Source: a virus. From it: 64,000 bases of DNA. The notes beneath the pieces were generated by a model. The model ran no database searches, was not told the origin of the DNA, and worked only from the letters and a program-made list of their open reading frames with translations. Of this stretch, positions 19,046 to 28,429 are shown piece by piece; position 1 is the stretch's first letter; each line of letters starts with the position of its first letter. The position numbers and the translations under genes were made by a program. The stretch spans positions 16,983 through 80,982 of the IMG/VR virus record IMGVR_UViG_3300044700_000345; one strand, written 5' to 3'.

Positions 19046-22000
19046 TTATCCTTTGTAAGTGCGGATTGGTCCACCGCGCCTGTATGCAGATCGCATAAGG
19101 TCATTTCTCCAATCTTCAGTACCGGGATCAATGCCATACGGTGGAATATTGGTAACTTTACTACCAAGGAAGCCTTCTGCTGTAACAGGTTTATCCATAC
19201 GTGGGTAAGCAATTCTTTGTCCTTGAGTAGTAGATTGAATAACCGGCATGGCACCTTGTGAACCAGCGCCCATTACTATTTGTTCTTGCCAACCACCAAT
19301 ACGAGATAAACCGGGCGATTGTGTCAACGGACCAATTGCTGCTGGCTCCAAGCCGGTCACAAACCTTTCTTGAGGAGCGTTACTGTAATAACGAGCTTTT
19401 TCACCACGACGAGTTAAATTCATGTTTTGGGAAGGGGTTCCAATGTCACGCCTAACATTAGGGTTAACACTTGTTGTTGGTTGAATAACCACGGTACCGC
19501 CGGTCATGGCACCAATAAACGGGCTTATAGGAGTTTGTCCACTACGCCCTGGTTGATATTGCGCATAAAGAGTACGTTTGCTAGGTTCTTGCCCAGGGAG
19601 GCCAAGCGTCGACTGAAGACTTAAAGGAGACATCCGTGATACTTGAGCTGATTCACCGGTATTAGATAAAAGTTCTAATTGATTTAATTGTGTTCTTCCT
19701 GGCGTTACAAACTTTTCTGGAGATGCAACGGCTTTTGTTGTGAGACCACCCGTCAAAGCATCTGCTAAGAAAGCCTGTGCGTTTGCTTCAACTTGAGCTG
19801 AGATTGCGCGGTTTGCTTTAGTGCCTGCAACATTGTAAACAGTACCTAAAACATCAGGATTGTTTTGGGTTGAATAACGACCTGTCGGCGTCTCAATAGA
19901 GCCAGTAATGCGCGGTTGGCGAAGGACGCTATTTGCTTTGCTTTTACCTGTAAAAATTACAGGTCCAGCAGCTTCGGCAGCGGCTCCTGTATAAACATCA
20001 GCGGCTCCCAGGATGGGGCCAAGGTCTTCGTCAGTGGCATACCCAGTTCTAAGTTGATTAACGCTTGGAAGAACTGGCTGCTGTTCGGAAGGATCAACAA
20101 TCATTCCGCGTCTTAACGTTTCCATTGAGCGAGCTACGTCTTGTGCAGGCCCAGGACGAACCGTTGGGCGTAGATTACGAGCCTGCTGTAACACATTCTC
20201 CGAAGCAGCAACAGAAACCCTGGCACGATCCAAAGCACCTAACTGTACAGGTGTAGGCGTTTCGCTTCTAGATGCCCTGGTACGCAAAACATCAGACGCC
20301 ATTCGAGCAAGGCGCTCATCAAATTCACTACCAAAAGTCTGTTCAAGATCAATAGATTGAATAGGTAAGTTTAATTGTTGCGTTGCGCCATATTTTGTAA
20401 ATTTAGACGTTACAAGATTTTTGAGATATTGATTCATCGGGGCTTGCTGACCCTTTAAAATTACTTCCGTTAAGTCTTCATCAGAAACTTTATTAAGCTC
20501 ATTTAAAAGACGTGCTTTTATTTCATACTCTGGACCTTGCTTTAACCTGGTTTTTAACCCTGTATCCGCAGAGACAAACTCACCGGCTGGATCTTGATAA
20601 ACAATATCGCCAGTAACATTAGGTTTGCCGCCGCGCAAGGCATTGCCTCGCATAGTGGTTTCAATTGGAGAAGCGCCACCTGTTAACAAAAATTCAATAT
20701 CTTCACCTAAGTTTGTAGCTTGTGCCCCACGTAATTCAGCGCGTTGACGAGCATTGTCAACAAGTTGTAATTGATCGTTTAATTCTTCTCTGTAGGTTTT
20801 GTTGAATTCTGCGGCAAATTGTTCGGGTGATAATTGTTTGCGCGGTGGTTGATTTTCATTTCTGATGTCAGCAAGAATTTGTTCGGATTGTGATTGAAGA
20901 CTTCTTGCCTTTTCTATGCGATCTCGAACCTGTGCCGCTTGAATTTTATTTTCTGCGGAGTAATCAAAATCCGTGTCAATTTCTTTTGCAAGCAAATATT
21001 GGCGTGCTTGCTGTACCAGAGGATCATTAGTTTGTTCTTGATTTAAAGCCCTAGGAGGACTACGAAAAGATTGTTTATTTTGAACATCAAGTGCCGTCAG
21101 TCCTTCTGCTTGATCAACTGGCAGTCCATCAGGAAGTTGTGATGCGGCTCGATTAATTGCATCGTCTTGTTCTAGGGTTACTGGTCTGCTTGTCTGCGCA
21201 ATATTCTCAAGGTTCTCAACCTGCCCTAGGTCTAAATCTTCGTTTCGTTGGAGCTGAGACTTGATGCGTCCTGTTTGCTGGTCTTCTCCAGACTCAACAG
21301 CGTTTGCGGCTTGACGACGAGCTTGGCTTAAAAGATTTTCTTGCAGATTAGTTAAGTCTGCAAAATTTCCAGGTTGTGAAACCGCTATTGCTTGTTGGAT
21401 TCGTTCTTGCCTACGACTAAGTGGCTGGTCTTGCTCCATACCCTGAAGCCGGCTATACTCAGCCATGTCATTAAGAACACTGGCTTCATCTGCGGCTTCT
21501 TGCCGTAACTCTAAAAGAACACGCTCACCTTTGCCTTGAATCTCCATGTCACGTTCACGAAGTCTAGCTTGGATGCGCTGATCAGCTCGCGTTTGATTTC
21601 TTGCAAGTTGTTCGTATTCTTGAATAAAACGATCGCCGGCATCTGGTTTAGCGGCAGGTAATAAAGACCCTTTGCTTTCCAGGAATGAACGAGGAAATCC
21701 TTGTGTAGGAACCGTTGGTTCCCAAAGTTCACCTAAGGGTTCCTGTGTCGCTACTTTAGATGGTGCAGGTGTTTGAACAGGTGCTTCAGATCGCACTGGA
21801 GCGGTGGTATAGCCTGCCGCACGACGCAAATCTTCAAGATTTTGGTACTTAATAACAGGATCGACTGCAGCTTCGGCTGTGCGGGCCGCAGCGGCCGCTT
21901 TCTTGGTAAGTGCACCACGTAAGCCATACGCTCCTAGCCCCAGGCCCAGGCCCGCAGCACCGATGCCTAGGGCGTTGGTCAGATTAAAGCCTTCATCTTT

Positions 22001-22141
22001 CTCCTTGGCAGGTGCACGGAGTTGATTACGTCGGAAATTAATTACGTCACCCGCCATCTGTGCCCTTTCTTCGTCACTATCCGGTACAGGCGTACCTGTT
22101 GCACGGCTGTAAGCGTAGAAATCAGCGGGGGAAATTGCCAC
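19046..22141 (-). CDS. Large (1031 aa) putative internal/ejection protein
   Basis: Long ORF, N-terminal Gly-rich hydrophobic helix, helical body; first gene of the late block. Confidence 0.65.
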   Translation of the reverse strand: MAISPADFYAYSRATGTPVPDSDEERAQMAGDVINFRRNQLRAPAKEKDEGFNLTNALGIGAAGLGLGLGAYGLRGALTKKAAAAARTAEAAVDPVIKYQNLEDLRRAAGYTTAPVRSEAPVQTPAPSKVATQEPLGELWEPTVPTQGFPRSFLESKGSLLPAAKPDAGDRFIQEYEQLARNQTRADQRIQARLRERDMEIQGKGERVLLELRQEAADEASVLNDMAEYSRLQGMEQDQPLSRRQERIQQAIAVSQPGNFADLTNLQENLLSQARRQAANAVESGEDQQTGRIKSQLQRNEDLDLGQVENLENIAQTSRPVTLEQDDAINRAASQLPDGLPVDQAEGLTALDVQNKQSFRSPPRALNQEQTNDPLVQQARQYLLAKEIDTDFDYSAENKIQAAQVRDRIEKARSLQSQSEQILADIRNENQPPRKQLSPEQFAAEFNKTYREELNDQLQLVDNARQRAELRGAQATNLGEDIEFLLTGGASPIETTMRGNALRGGKPNVTGDIVYQDPAGEFVSADTGLKTRLKQGPEYEIKARLLNELNKVSDEDLTEVILKGQQAPMNQYLKNLVTSKFTKYGATQQLNLPIQSIDLEQTFGSEFDERLARMASDVLRTRASRSETPTPVQLGALDRARVSVAASENVLQQARNLRPTVRPGPAQDVARSMETLRRGMIVDPSEQQPVLPSVNQLRTGYATDEDLGPILGAADVYTGAAAEAAGPVIFTGKSKANSVLRQPRITGSIETPTGRYSTQNNPDVLGTVYNVAGTKANRAISAQVEANAQAFLADALTGGLTTKAVASPEKFVTPGRTQLNQLELLSNTGESAQVSRMSPLSLQSTLGLPGQEPSKRTLYAQYQPGRSGQTPISPFIGAMTGGTVVIQPTTSVNPNVRRDIGTPSQNMNLTRRGEKARYYSNAPQERFVTGLEPAAIGPLTQSPGLSRIGGWQEQIVMGAGSQGAMPVIQSTTQGQRIAYPRMDKPVTAEGFLGSKVTNIPPYGIDPGTEDWRNDLMRSAYRRGGPIRTYKG

Positions 22142-22242
22142 GGTTAGGTATTGTAACTATTTTTGCCTTTTTGTATTCTATGATTTACAACTCTTGGACG
22201 CACAACAGTTATACTAAGTAAATAAGTGTATTTGTTCCAGGG

Positions 22243-22455
22243 ATGGACGTTGGTGCTCGCCAAAAGAAGGTTGAAGGCCTAGAAGCCATCAAAGGTAAGG
22301 CCATGAGTATGGCAAAAGATGGCAAGGATTCACTAGAAGTGCGTGATTTTGTTACCAATGCCAAGAAAGAGTTGGCATATGAGCTTCCAGATGAGGAAGC
22401 ATTTCAAAAAGCAAAGGCTGCGACACTTGCATATAAGCGACGGTCAGGGAAATAG
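22243..22455 (+). CDS. Hypothetical helical protein
   Basis: 70-aa ORF between a TATACT box and a terminator. Confidence 0.55.
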   Translation: MDVGARQKKVEGLEAIKGKAMSMAKDGKDSLEVRDFVTNAKKELAYELPDEEAFQKAKAATLAYKRRSGK

Positions 22456-22479
22456 AATTTTATTTACAATTTGTAATAC

Positions 22480-22505
22480 ACCGGGGCTAATCCCCCGGTT
22501 TTTTT
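22480..22505 (+). terminator. Rho-independent terminator
   Basis: ACCGGGG-loop-CCCCGGT followed by T run. Confidence 0.75.
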
Positions 22506-22835
22506 GTCTAAAAACTTGGGCAAAGTGGGCTATACCATGACAAAAACAGGATTTTACTTATTTTTTTAGAAACAAAATCTACATAAAGTCGAATAGGAAA
22601 ACAATTTTACAAGTGCTCCTGAATATACCCGTCCGAAGTGGAATGTGGGAAGAAAAAAAGAAAGAGTGGTGTGCATGTAAAAGTTCCCCGGCTGCGCCGG
22701 TGTGAAGTTGACTCCGTTGCGAGAACGCGTCTGACTACGTTGTGAAGCAAAGTAAGAAGAAGGGAAGAGTGAGTGTAACGGGGGCTGCGCATCCGAAGAA
22801 CGCAGGTTACCACAGATTCCAACGAGGACAGATTA

Positions 22836-23015
22836 ATGGATGTGTTTTTTGTTTACGCAACAAGGGAAGCTACCTACCATTTTGTGGTTAACAAGGAGGT
22901 TGGCTTAGCGCGGATCACGAAGTTAATAAGGAAAGGACAGAAGGGTTACGACTGTTCTACCAGTATGAGTGTGGACCGCGCACGTAAGTTTGTTAGGCAG
23001 CTGCAGGTTGCCTGA
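22836..23015 (+). CDS. First early gene, 59 aa (not in ORF track)
   Basis: GAGGA SD; MDVFFVYATREATYHFVVNKEVGLARITKL...QVA*; followed by GC-rich hairpin at about 23038-23055. Confidence 0.5.
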   Translation: MDVFFVYATREATYHFVVNKEVGLARITKLIRKGQKGYDCSTSMSVDRARKFVRQLQVA

Positions 23016-23199
23016 CTACGGTGAAGGATTGGCTGTGTCCCCGCGAGAGCGGGGGCATGTAGCCCTTACACACATTATTAATACGATTGATACGAATTCG
23101 TATCGCTCGGTGGGGTAATACGTTATCGTATAGCCCCTAAATTAGGGGATTTTCCACGCATCAGTATTCTCCACAAGCAACTGTGGTCCACAGGATACA

Positions 23200-23224
23200 C
23201 GTCAAGCTGGACGTTAAACGTAGC
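23200..23224 (+). ncRNA. Leader pseudoknot motif, divergent copy 1
   Basis: CGTC-AAGCTG-GACG-TTAAACG-TAGC. Confidence 0.45.
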
Positions 23225-23310
23225 AGACATAGGCTGATGGTCAGCCATGGATAACCTGCTTGGCAGCTGCAATTCAGCAGCGTAAGCCCAAGTGTTCCGA
23301 GGTAACTTCC

Positions 23311-23475
23311 ATGGCTAAGATCATCTACCCCGCCGCTTACTACGTCATCAAAGTTGATGGTGTAATCGTAAAGGTAACTGAGGATGACTCAGTTGCACTT
23401 GATTACATCGTTGACTATCCAGGGCGTGTAACGGTGGATCCCGTAGAACAAGGTAAGTTCTACGGGGAAAGCTGA
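23311..23475 (+). CDS. Small early protein
   Basis: GAGGT SD; MAKIIYPAAYY... Confidence 0.55.
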   Translation: MAKIIYPAAYYVIKVDGVIVKVTEDDSVALDYIVDYPGRVTVDPVEQGKFYGES

Positions 23476-23567
23476 TCCGTTAAAGCGGGTTGGGAGGTGC
23501 AAACCCTCCCACAGCTATTGCCTTCCAGGGAGATAGGCACCCTACACACAGGAGTAATCCCGTGATC

Positions 23568-23771
23568 ATGTCATCAAAGCAAGTTGGATATTTAGCTGTT
23601 GCTATCTATGTAACTGCAGTGACGGGAACTACAGCAGGGATCATGACGTTCGGTGTTGCAAAGTTAGATCAAGCAACGGCACTTCAGTGTCGTACGCATG
23701 ACTGGCCTGTTAACGCACATATGGTTCATATGGACTGGTGTAAGGCCAATAATTACACCACCACCAAGTAA
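23568..23771 (+). CDS. Small early membrane protein
   Basis: AGGAG SD; hydrophobic helix then 'QCRTHDWP...WCKANNY'. Confidence 0.55.
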   Translation: MSSKQVGYLAVAIYVTAVTGTTAGIMTFGVAKLDQATALQCRTHDWPVNAHMVHMDWCKANNYTTTK

Positions 23772-23841
23772 CAAGCGTGATGCCGGGGGATCAAATCCCC
23801 CTACTTGGTATTGCCACACACTGAGTGTGGCTAACAGAACA

Positions 23842-23994
23842 ATGCTACGCAAAGCACTTGCTGCTGCACTGATCGCTACTGCAACTGCAGTAACTAAAGA
23901 TCAGACTAAAGAACGCATTAGTGAAGTTGTTAAAGATGGCAGGCGTAAGCTTGCTATCTGGATACAGCCTAAGGACACACGTCCTATTGTCTAA
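23842..23994 (+). CDS. Small early protein
   Basis: MLRKALAAALIATA... after a structured leader. Confidence 0.5.
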   Translation: MLRKALAAALIATATAVTKDQTKERISEVVKDGRRKLAIWIQPKDTRPIV

Positions 23995-24049
23995 TGTTCC
24001 AGAGGGATGCGTCTCTGTGATAACGCATACATCCCATTGTATTCAACTC

Positions 24050-24250
24050 ATGTCAGCCATCAAGAACGCCTACGTTTGTGTTGTTAACGGTGAGCCAGAG
24101 CTATTTGAGACGCAGCAACAAGCAGAGGATTGTGCCATGGAGCTTAGCTTTGCATGGTACGATGCAAACCTTGATGTACCTGCTCCAAGGCTGGCAGTTA
24201 TGTCAGTGACTAATTGGTTGCAACTGCAATCACGATTAGCGCTTGTCTGA
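24050..24250 (+). CDS. Small early protein
   Basis: MSAIKNAYVCVVNGE... Confidence 0.5.
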   Translation: MSAIKNAYVCVVNGEPELFETQQQAEDCAMELSFAWYDANLDVPAPRLAVMSVTNWLQLQSRLALV

Positions 24251-24339
24251 TGTTTGCACTGAGGGCTTCGGCCCTCTCTGCAGACTTCATTGTCTGCCGT
24301 GGTACATATGTACTACCTACCAACTCTATTCAAATCAAC

Positions 24340-24597
24340 ATGGAAATCTCCTACGTTGAAGAGCTACTTACTCAGCGTGCTAGGCTGCTAGCTCGTCGAG
24401 ACTCTACCAGTGCACACCCGTGCATTGACAGGGAGATCGAAGAGCTTAGGCAACAAGCACTAGAGCTATTCTTTAGGTTCCAGGATGGCATGGCTCAGTT
24501 CTCTGATCTAATGCCCATCTGTATGGTACTAGAGAAACGAGTTAATACCAATCGCGCTTTCCTTAAATGGGAACGTGACTTTGGTATACAGGAATAA
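24340..24597 (+). CDS. Small early protein
   Basis: MEISYVEELL... after AC-rich leader. Confidence 0.55.
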   Translation: MEISYVEELLTQRARLLARRDSTSAHPCIDREIEELRQQALELFFRFQDGMAQFSDLMPICMVLEKRVNTNRAFLKWERDFGIQE

Positions 24598-24822
24598 GTA
24601 ATGGAACACACATTATGGCGCGTGTGGTACCAAGATTCTGTCATAGAGCTTTATGCTTTTACAAAGACAGAAGCTTTGGTTAGAGGCGGAGAGCTACTCA
24701 ATAGATTACCTGTTGAGTTAAGCGTAATACGCATCTACGACTAATAGAAGTCTGCGCTGGGCCAGCGATGGCCCTCCGCAGAACTCACAAGGTTCTGCGC
24801 ACACCCTACCAATGGAGGTTCA

Positions 24823-25128
24823 ATGCTTACCAAGGTTGTTTACAATACTTGTTATGGAGGATTCAGTATTTCACCTGAAGCCTTGACAAGGATGAAAGAG
24901 TTGGGATACACAGGTGACGCTAGTATCTACAACAGATATGCATACTTATATGAGTGTGTTCGTCACAATCCAATCTTAGTGCAAGTTGTAGAAGAACTTG
25001 GCAAGAGGGCAAATAGCCCAGGTTCTGACCTATGTATTGCACAAGTGTTTGGTCCCTATTGTATTGAAGAATACGATGGGTCAGAAACAGTTATGGAACC
25101 AGATGATTACACTTGGATCACACCATGA
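24823..25128 (+). CDS. Conserved phage hypothetical protein
   Basis: 'KVVYNTCYGGFSIS...RHNPILVQVVEELG...IEEYDGSETV', a widespread phage protein pattern; GGAGG SD. Confidence 0.7.
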   Translation: MLTKVVYNTCYGGFSISPEALTRMKELGYTGDASIYNRYAYLYECVRHNPILVQVVEELGKRANSPGSDLCIAQVFGPYCIEEYDGSETVMEPDDYTWITP

Positions 25129-25282
25129 AAATTCAAATGCATCCCATGGATTCATTCAAGTACTACAGCAGTAGAGTCTTGGCCTATGCCATTTTAGTTG
25201 GCATTGTAACTACGGCTTTTGCTACATTGTACAAATCAGATTCTTCTGCAATGTACAAATCAACTACCCACAAAGGTCACTA

Positions 25283-25519
25283 ATGCAAAGTTATGTTGCA
25301 CTTGTTGCCGATATGACAGGGCGTTATGCCCATGTCTACGGCACTGCTATAGACTGGCCTAGCTTCGCTGAACAACTCGAAGAGGTGGGATGTGAAGTAA
25401 TTGAAAACCAGACAGAAGACTATGAGCCTCTCGACGAGCTAACACTTGACGAGTTGCACGAGTACGATGTTGTTACCGTACAAGAACTGATTACTCACAC
25501 TGACGCAGTACTAGCATGA
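25283..25519 (+). CDS. Acidic hypothetical protein
   Basis: 78-aa ORF coupled to neighbours. Confidence 0.55.
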   Translation: MQSYVALVADMTGRYAHVYGTAIDWPSFAEQLEEVGCEVIENQTEDYEPLDELTLDELHEYDVVTVQELITHTDAVLA

Positions 25520-25893
25520 CCACTCAATCCAACATTGATCTCAACACCTGTGTACGAGGGCAGAAGGTTAAGCTTCGTGATGGAAAAATTGTTACATACG
25601 AAGGAGTCATAGATGAAAACGAAATATACACACACGCAGTAAATGGCTACAGCTATACAAGGCGCGGTACTTTTTGGATGGAAGATGATCGTATTAGTCC
25701 CAAGGATGTTGTAGAAATTCTTCCAATGGAAGAAGAACCTGCTAAGCCAACACCAGAGCTAACACATTCAATCACTGATCAGATTGATGTGGTAAACCCA
25801 GATCATGTATCGATCATTCCTCATGAGCATGGGGTAACCATATGTATTAAGAAGGGACTGACAACTATTAGCTGGAGGCATTACAACCATTAA
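25516..25893 (+). CDS. Hypothetical protein, paralog of 28430-28933
   Basis: Shared N-terminus IDLNTCVRGQKVKLRDG vs VDLSTCVPGQKMYLRNG, and DVVEILP. Confidence 0.6.
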   Translation: MTTQSNIDLNTCVRGQKVKLRDGKIVTYEGVIDENEIYTHAVNGYSYTRRGTFWMEDDRISPKDVVEILPMEEEPAKPTPELTHSITDQIDVVNPDHVSIIPHEHGVTICIKKGLTTISWRHYNH

Positions 25894-26006
25894 GTATTGG
25901 TTAGCTTACTGATCTAGCCAATACCTGCCATGTATTGGATGATATGCCAATACATGGCAACCCCCCATGCCCCCATTGTTACAGCCACTACCAAGGTGGA
26001 AGGCTG

Positions 26007-26279
26007 TTATGTAGTCATTGCATCCATACGTGCGTTGTCTAGTTGAATCATTTGCATTGCATGTTCCAAGGGTTTGGGTTGTAGTGATCGTATGTCTTGT
26101 ACAGCACTAGCCCAAAACAATCCAAAGCCTGGTCCACCATCAACCAAATGATCTCCCATTTGATATTTATTGATAACCTTTTTGTCTAATATGTTTTCAC
26201 CATGGGGATGACCTTCGCTTGGATATGCAATCATTCGTTCATTGTTTAACTTTGTAAAATACTTGCCCGCTAAATCCAT
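26007..26279 (-). CDS. LAGKY-motif protein (antisense insert in early region)
   Basis: MDLAGKYF...; AAGGA upstream. Confidence 0.55.
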   Translation of the reverse strand: MDLAGKYFTKLNNERMIAYPSEGHPHGENILDKKVINKYQMGDHLVDGGPGFGLFWASAVQDIRSLQPKPLEHAMQMIQLDNARMDAMTT

Positions 26280-26333
26280 TGTTAATTCCTTGTGTAACTC
26301 TATGTTATTACAAGTTATTAACTGAGTGAAGCC

Positions 26334-26363
26334 CGTCCAGAACCATGACGTTAAACTGGATCA
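26334..26363 (+). ncRNA. Leader pseudoknot motif copy 2
   Basis: CGTC-CAGAACCAT-GACG-TTAAAC-TGGATCA. Confidence 0.7.
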
Positions 26364-26385
26364 TTCCACTTATTCATTCAATCAA

Positions 26386-27282
26386 ATGAACTCAAAACAA
26401 CTTAGAAAAATTGAAGAAACGTTGCCGTATAACTGCAATACTCCAAAGAACTATGTTAAATGGGCAGTGCTTGTGACACGTATTAAGAAAGGCATTAAAT
26501 ATGGTTCAATAATATTAGACCGAATTAGAAGGAACATAATAAAGCGAAAAGATGTAGACAAGTTTACTGACAAAGAGTATAGCGCAATTGCTGTAGCCCT
26601 ACCTATTCTTTTTAAAGTGCCTCCTATTTGTGTACACGAAAACATATTGGATTCATTGTTGCAAACAGCAGTAAAGGAAATGGATATACCAAAACGTTCA
26701 CTGCCTGGATACATTTTTCTTTTGCCGTTAAATGCAAATAAGTTTTTTGAAAATTTCAAATTTAAAAATAACATCCAACTAAATATTAATTCAATTTTTG
26801 TAGATGTTTCAAACACTAAAAATTGCGATTGGTTTCATGTTACACTTTTAACTAAAGATAAAGTTCATTATCGTTATTATTTATGGAGCAAAGCTGGTGA
26901 TTACAGTCACTTTTTAAATCCCTGCATTGAAACTGAAGTATTACTTGAACGTTTGATTAAGAATTTAATTCTTATTTATACGTATGAAACCAAGCAGATA
27001 ACAGAAGAACAAGTTAAGGTGACAACACCAGGCAAAGGATTTACCAAGGACAAAGAAGGTGTTAATAAAGATATGGCATCACCTATTCGTTGGTTAGGCA
27101 AAACGTTTGTCCGCCAACAAACCAAATACTTGTACGCTGCAAACAAATCCAAAGACAATAGTAGAACTGTTGCTTCTCATTGGAGACGCGGACATTGGCA
27201 TACAGTATGTTGTGGTCCCAAACGCAAACAACGTAAACAACAATGGTTTAAACCTGTATTAATTAATACCAATACAAATTAA
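26386..27282 (+). CDS. AT-rich hypothetical protein with C-terminal HWRRGHW motif
   Basis: 'SHWRRGHWHTV...WFKPV' phage motif; start reassigned to ATG 26386. Confidence 0.7.
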   Translation: MNSKQLRKIEETLPYNCNTPKNYVKWAVLVTRIKKGIKYGSIILDRIRRNIIKRKDVDKFTDKEYSAIAVALPILFKVPPICVHENILDSLLQTAVKEMDIPKRSLPGYIFLLPLNANKFFENFKFKNNIQLNINSIFVDVSNTKNCDWFHVTLLTKDKVHYRYYLWSKAGDYSHFLNPCIETEVLLERLIKNLILIYTYETKQITEEQVKVTTPGKGFTKDKEGVNKDMASPIRWLGKTFVRQQTKYLYAANKSKDNSRTVASHWRRGHWHTVCCGPKRKQRKQQWFKPVLINTNTN

Positions 27283-27287
27283 CTACA

Positions 27288-27317
27288 CGTCCAGAACCAT
27301 GACGTTAAACTGGATCA
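27288..27317 (+). ncRNA. Leader pseudoknot motif copy 3 (identical to copy 2)
   Basis: 30-bp exact repeat of 26334-26363. Confidence 0.7.
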
Positions 27318-27343
27318 ACCCATCCACACTCGGAGGTAACTCA

Positions 27344-27535
27344 GTGCAACAACCAGTGTCAACATTTGATCAACCACATGCTGATCATTGGGAAGAACTA
27401 GCCGACATGGCGTACTACCAACGTATGGCCATGCAAGAAGAACTAGATGAAGATGACATTCCACTTGGCTGGCTGACAACCAAGCCATCAGGATGTCAGC
27501 AAACCAACACATCATTACAGGAGGATTGCACTTGA
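27344..27535 (+). CDS. Small acidic protein
   Basis: GGAGG SD then GTG start. Confidence 0.5.
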   Translation: MQQPVSTFDQPHADHWEELADMAYYQRMAMQEELDEDDIPLGWLTTKPSGCQQTNTSLQEDCT

Positions 27536-27981
27536 CCACCAAGGTCCGATCATCTGAGGCACCCGACACTCTTATTGTGTGTATCGGTGTCATCTATTGC
27601 CTCAGCATTCTATTCATCCAACTCATTACGGAGATCGCATCATGGCTCTTACAACGGAACAGCAACTCATTGGCCAAGCCCTTGGCTACGAACCACTCAC
27701 CGAAGAAGAAGCAACCGGACAATACCCTGCCGATGCCGACTTCCAAGACGCGCCGAAGGGCAGCATCCCCAGCACAGGTAACGTCTATCGTACCAAGCGA
27801 GGAGTCCTGCGTTGTTTCTGGATACCAACAGGACGTAACTACACCACTGTCGAGTCCGAAGAACTCACCGGATGGTACGATGTCCCAGACCTTGAAGACA
27901 TCGAAGAGTGGACCTTCGACTCGTGCTGCCCGACCCCGGCGGGTGACGAAGTCGAACATGACCACCCCGATAGCTGGCTGA
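27532..27981 (+). CDS. Possible overprinted membrane protein
   Basis: AGGAGG SD before TTG; hydrophobic segment; overlaps the next gene in another frame. Confidence 0.35.
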   Translation: MTTKVRSSEAPDTLIVCIGVIYCLSILFIQLITEIASWLLQRNSNSLAKPLATNHSPKKKQPDNTLPMPTSKTRRRAASPAQVTSIVPSEESCVVSGYQQDVTTPLSSPKNSPDGTMSQTLKTSKSGPSTRAARPRRVTKSNMTTPIAG

Positions 27982-28001
27982 GAATCCTCAGCTTAGTTTG
28001 A
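27642..28001 (+). CDS. Conserved phage hypothetical protein
   Basis: GGAG SD; C-terminal 'CPTPAGDEVEHDHPDSWLRIL'. Confidence 0.65.
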   Translation: MALTTEQQLIGQALGYEPLTEEEATGQYPADADFQDAPKGSIPSTGNVYRTKRGVLRCFWIPTGRNYTTVESEELTGWYDVPDLEDIEEWTFDSCCPTPAGDEVEHDHPDSWLRILSLV

Positions 28002-28129
28002 TTAACAAACCATTTACCTTTGAAATTTTAATACCAATATGGTATGCTTTCTAGCGTGCTTCCGAAAAGAACCACGTTCTTCTCTCTGGTCAATTCTGAA
28101 ATCCATCCTGTCCCATCGCATTTGACATC

Positions 28130-28390
28130 ATGAGCAACGCACTGTCTGATTTAAGTCCCGCCCAGAAAAAAGTTTTTGATGAATGGTCAGATGCTCACAA
28201 AGCTCATATTGAAACTTATTGTTTATGGTTTGAACTAGGGCAAGCTCTTGTTGTAGCAAATAAAACTCTTGGCATAGCTCGTTTGCATTGTGAGGAGAAG
28301 AATATTCCCGATGAATGCTATGTGGCTGTACATCAAATGGCAGTTGACATCCTGTCTGATTTAACTCCTGCCCAGCAAGAAGAATCCTGA
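28130..28390 (+). CDS. Hypothetical protein
   Basis: 86-aa ORF; LSDL(S/T)PAQ repeated at both ends. Confidence 0.55.
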   Translation: MSNALSDLSPAQKKVFDEWSDAHKAHIETYCLWFELGQALVVANKTLGIARLHCEEKNIPDECYVAVHQMAVDILSDLTPAQQEES

Positions 28391-28429
28391 TCCTCGTTTT
28401 AATTATTATTCACCACCGCATTAACAATC

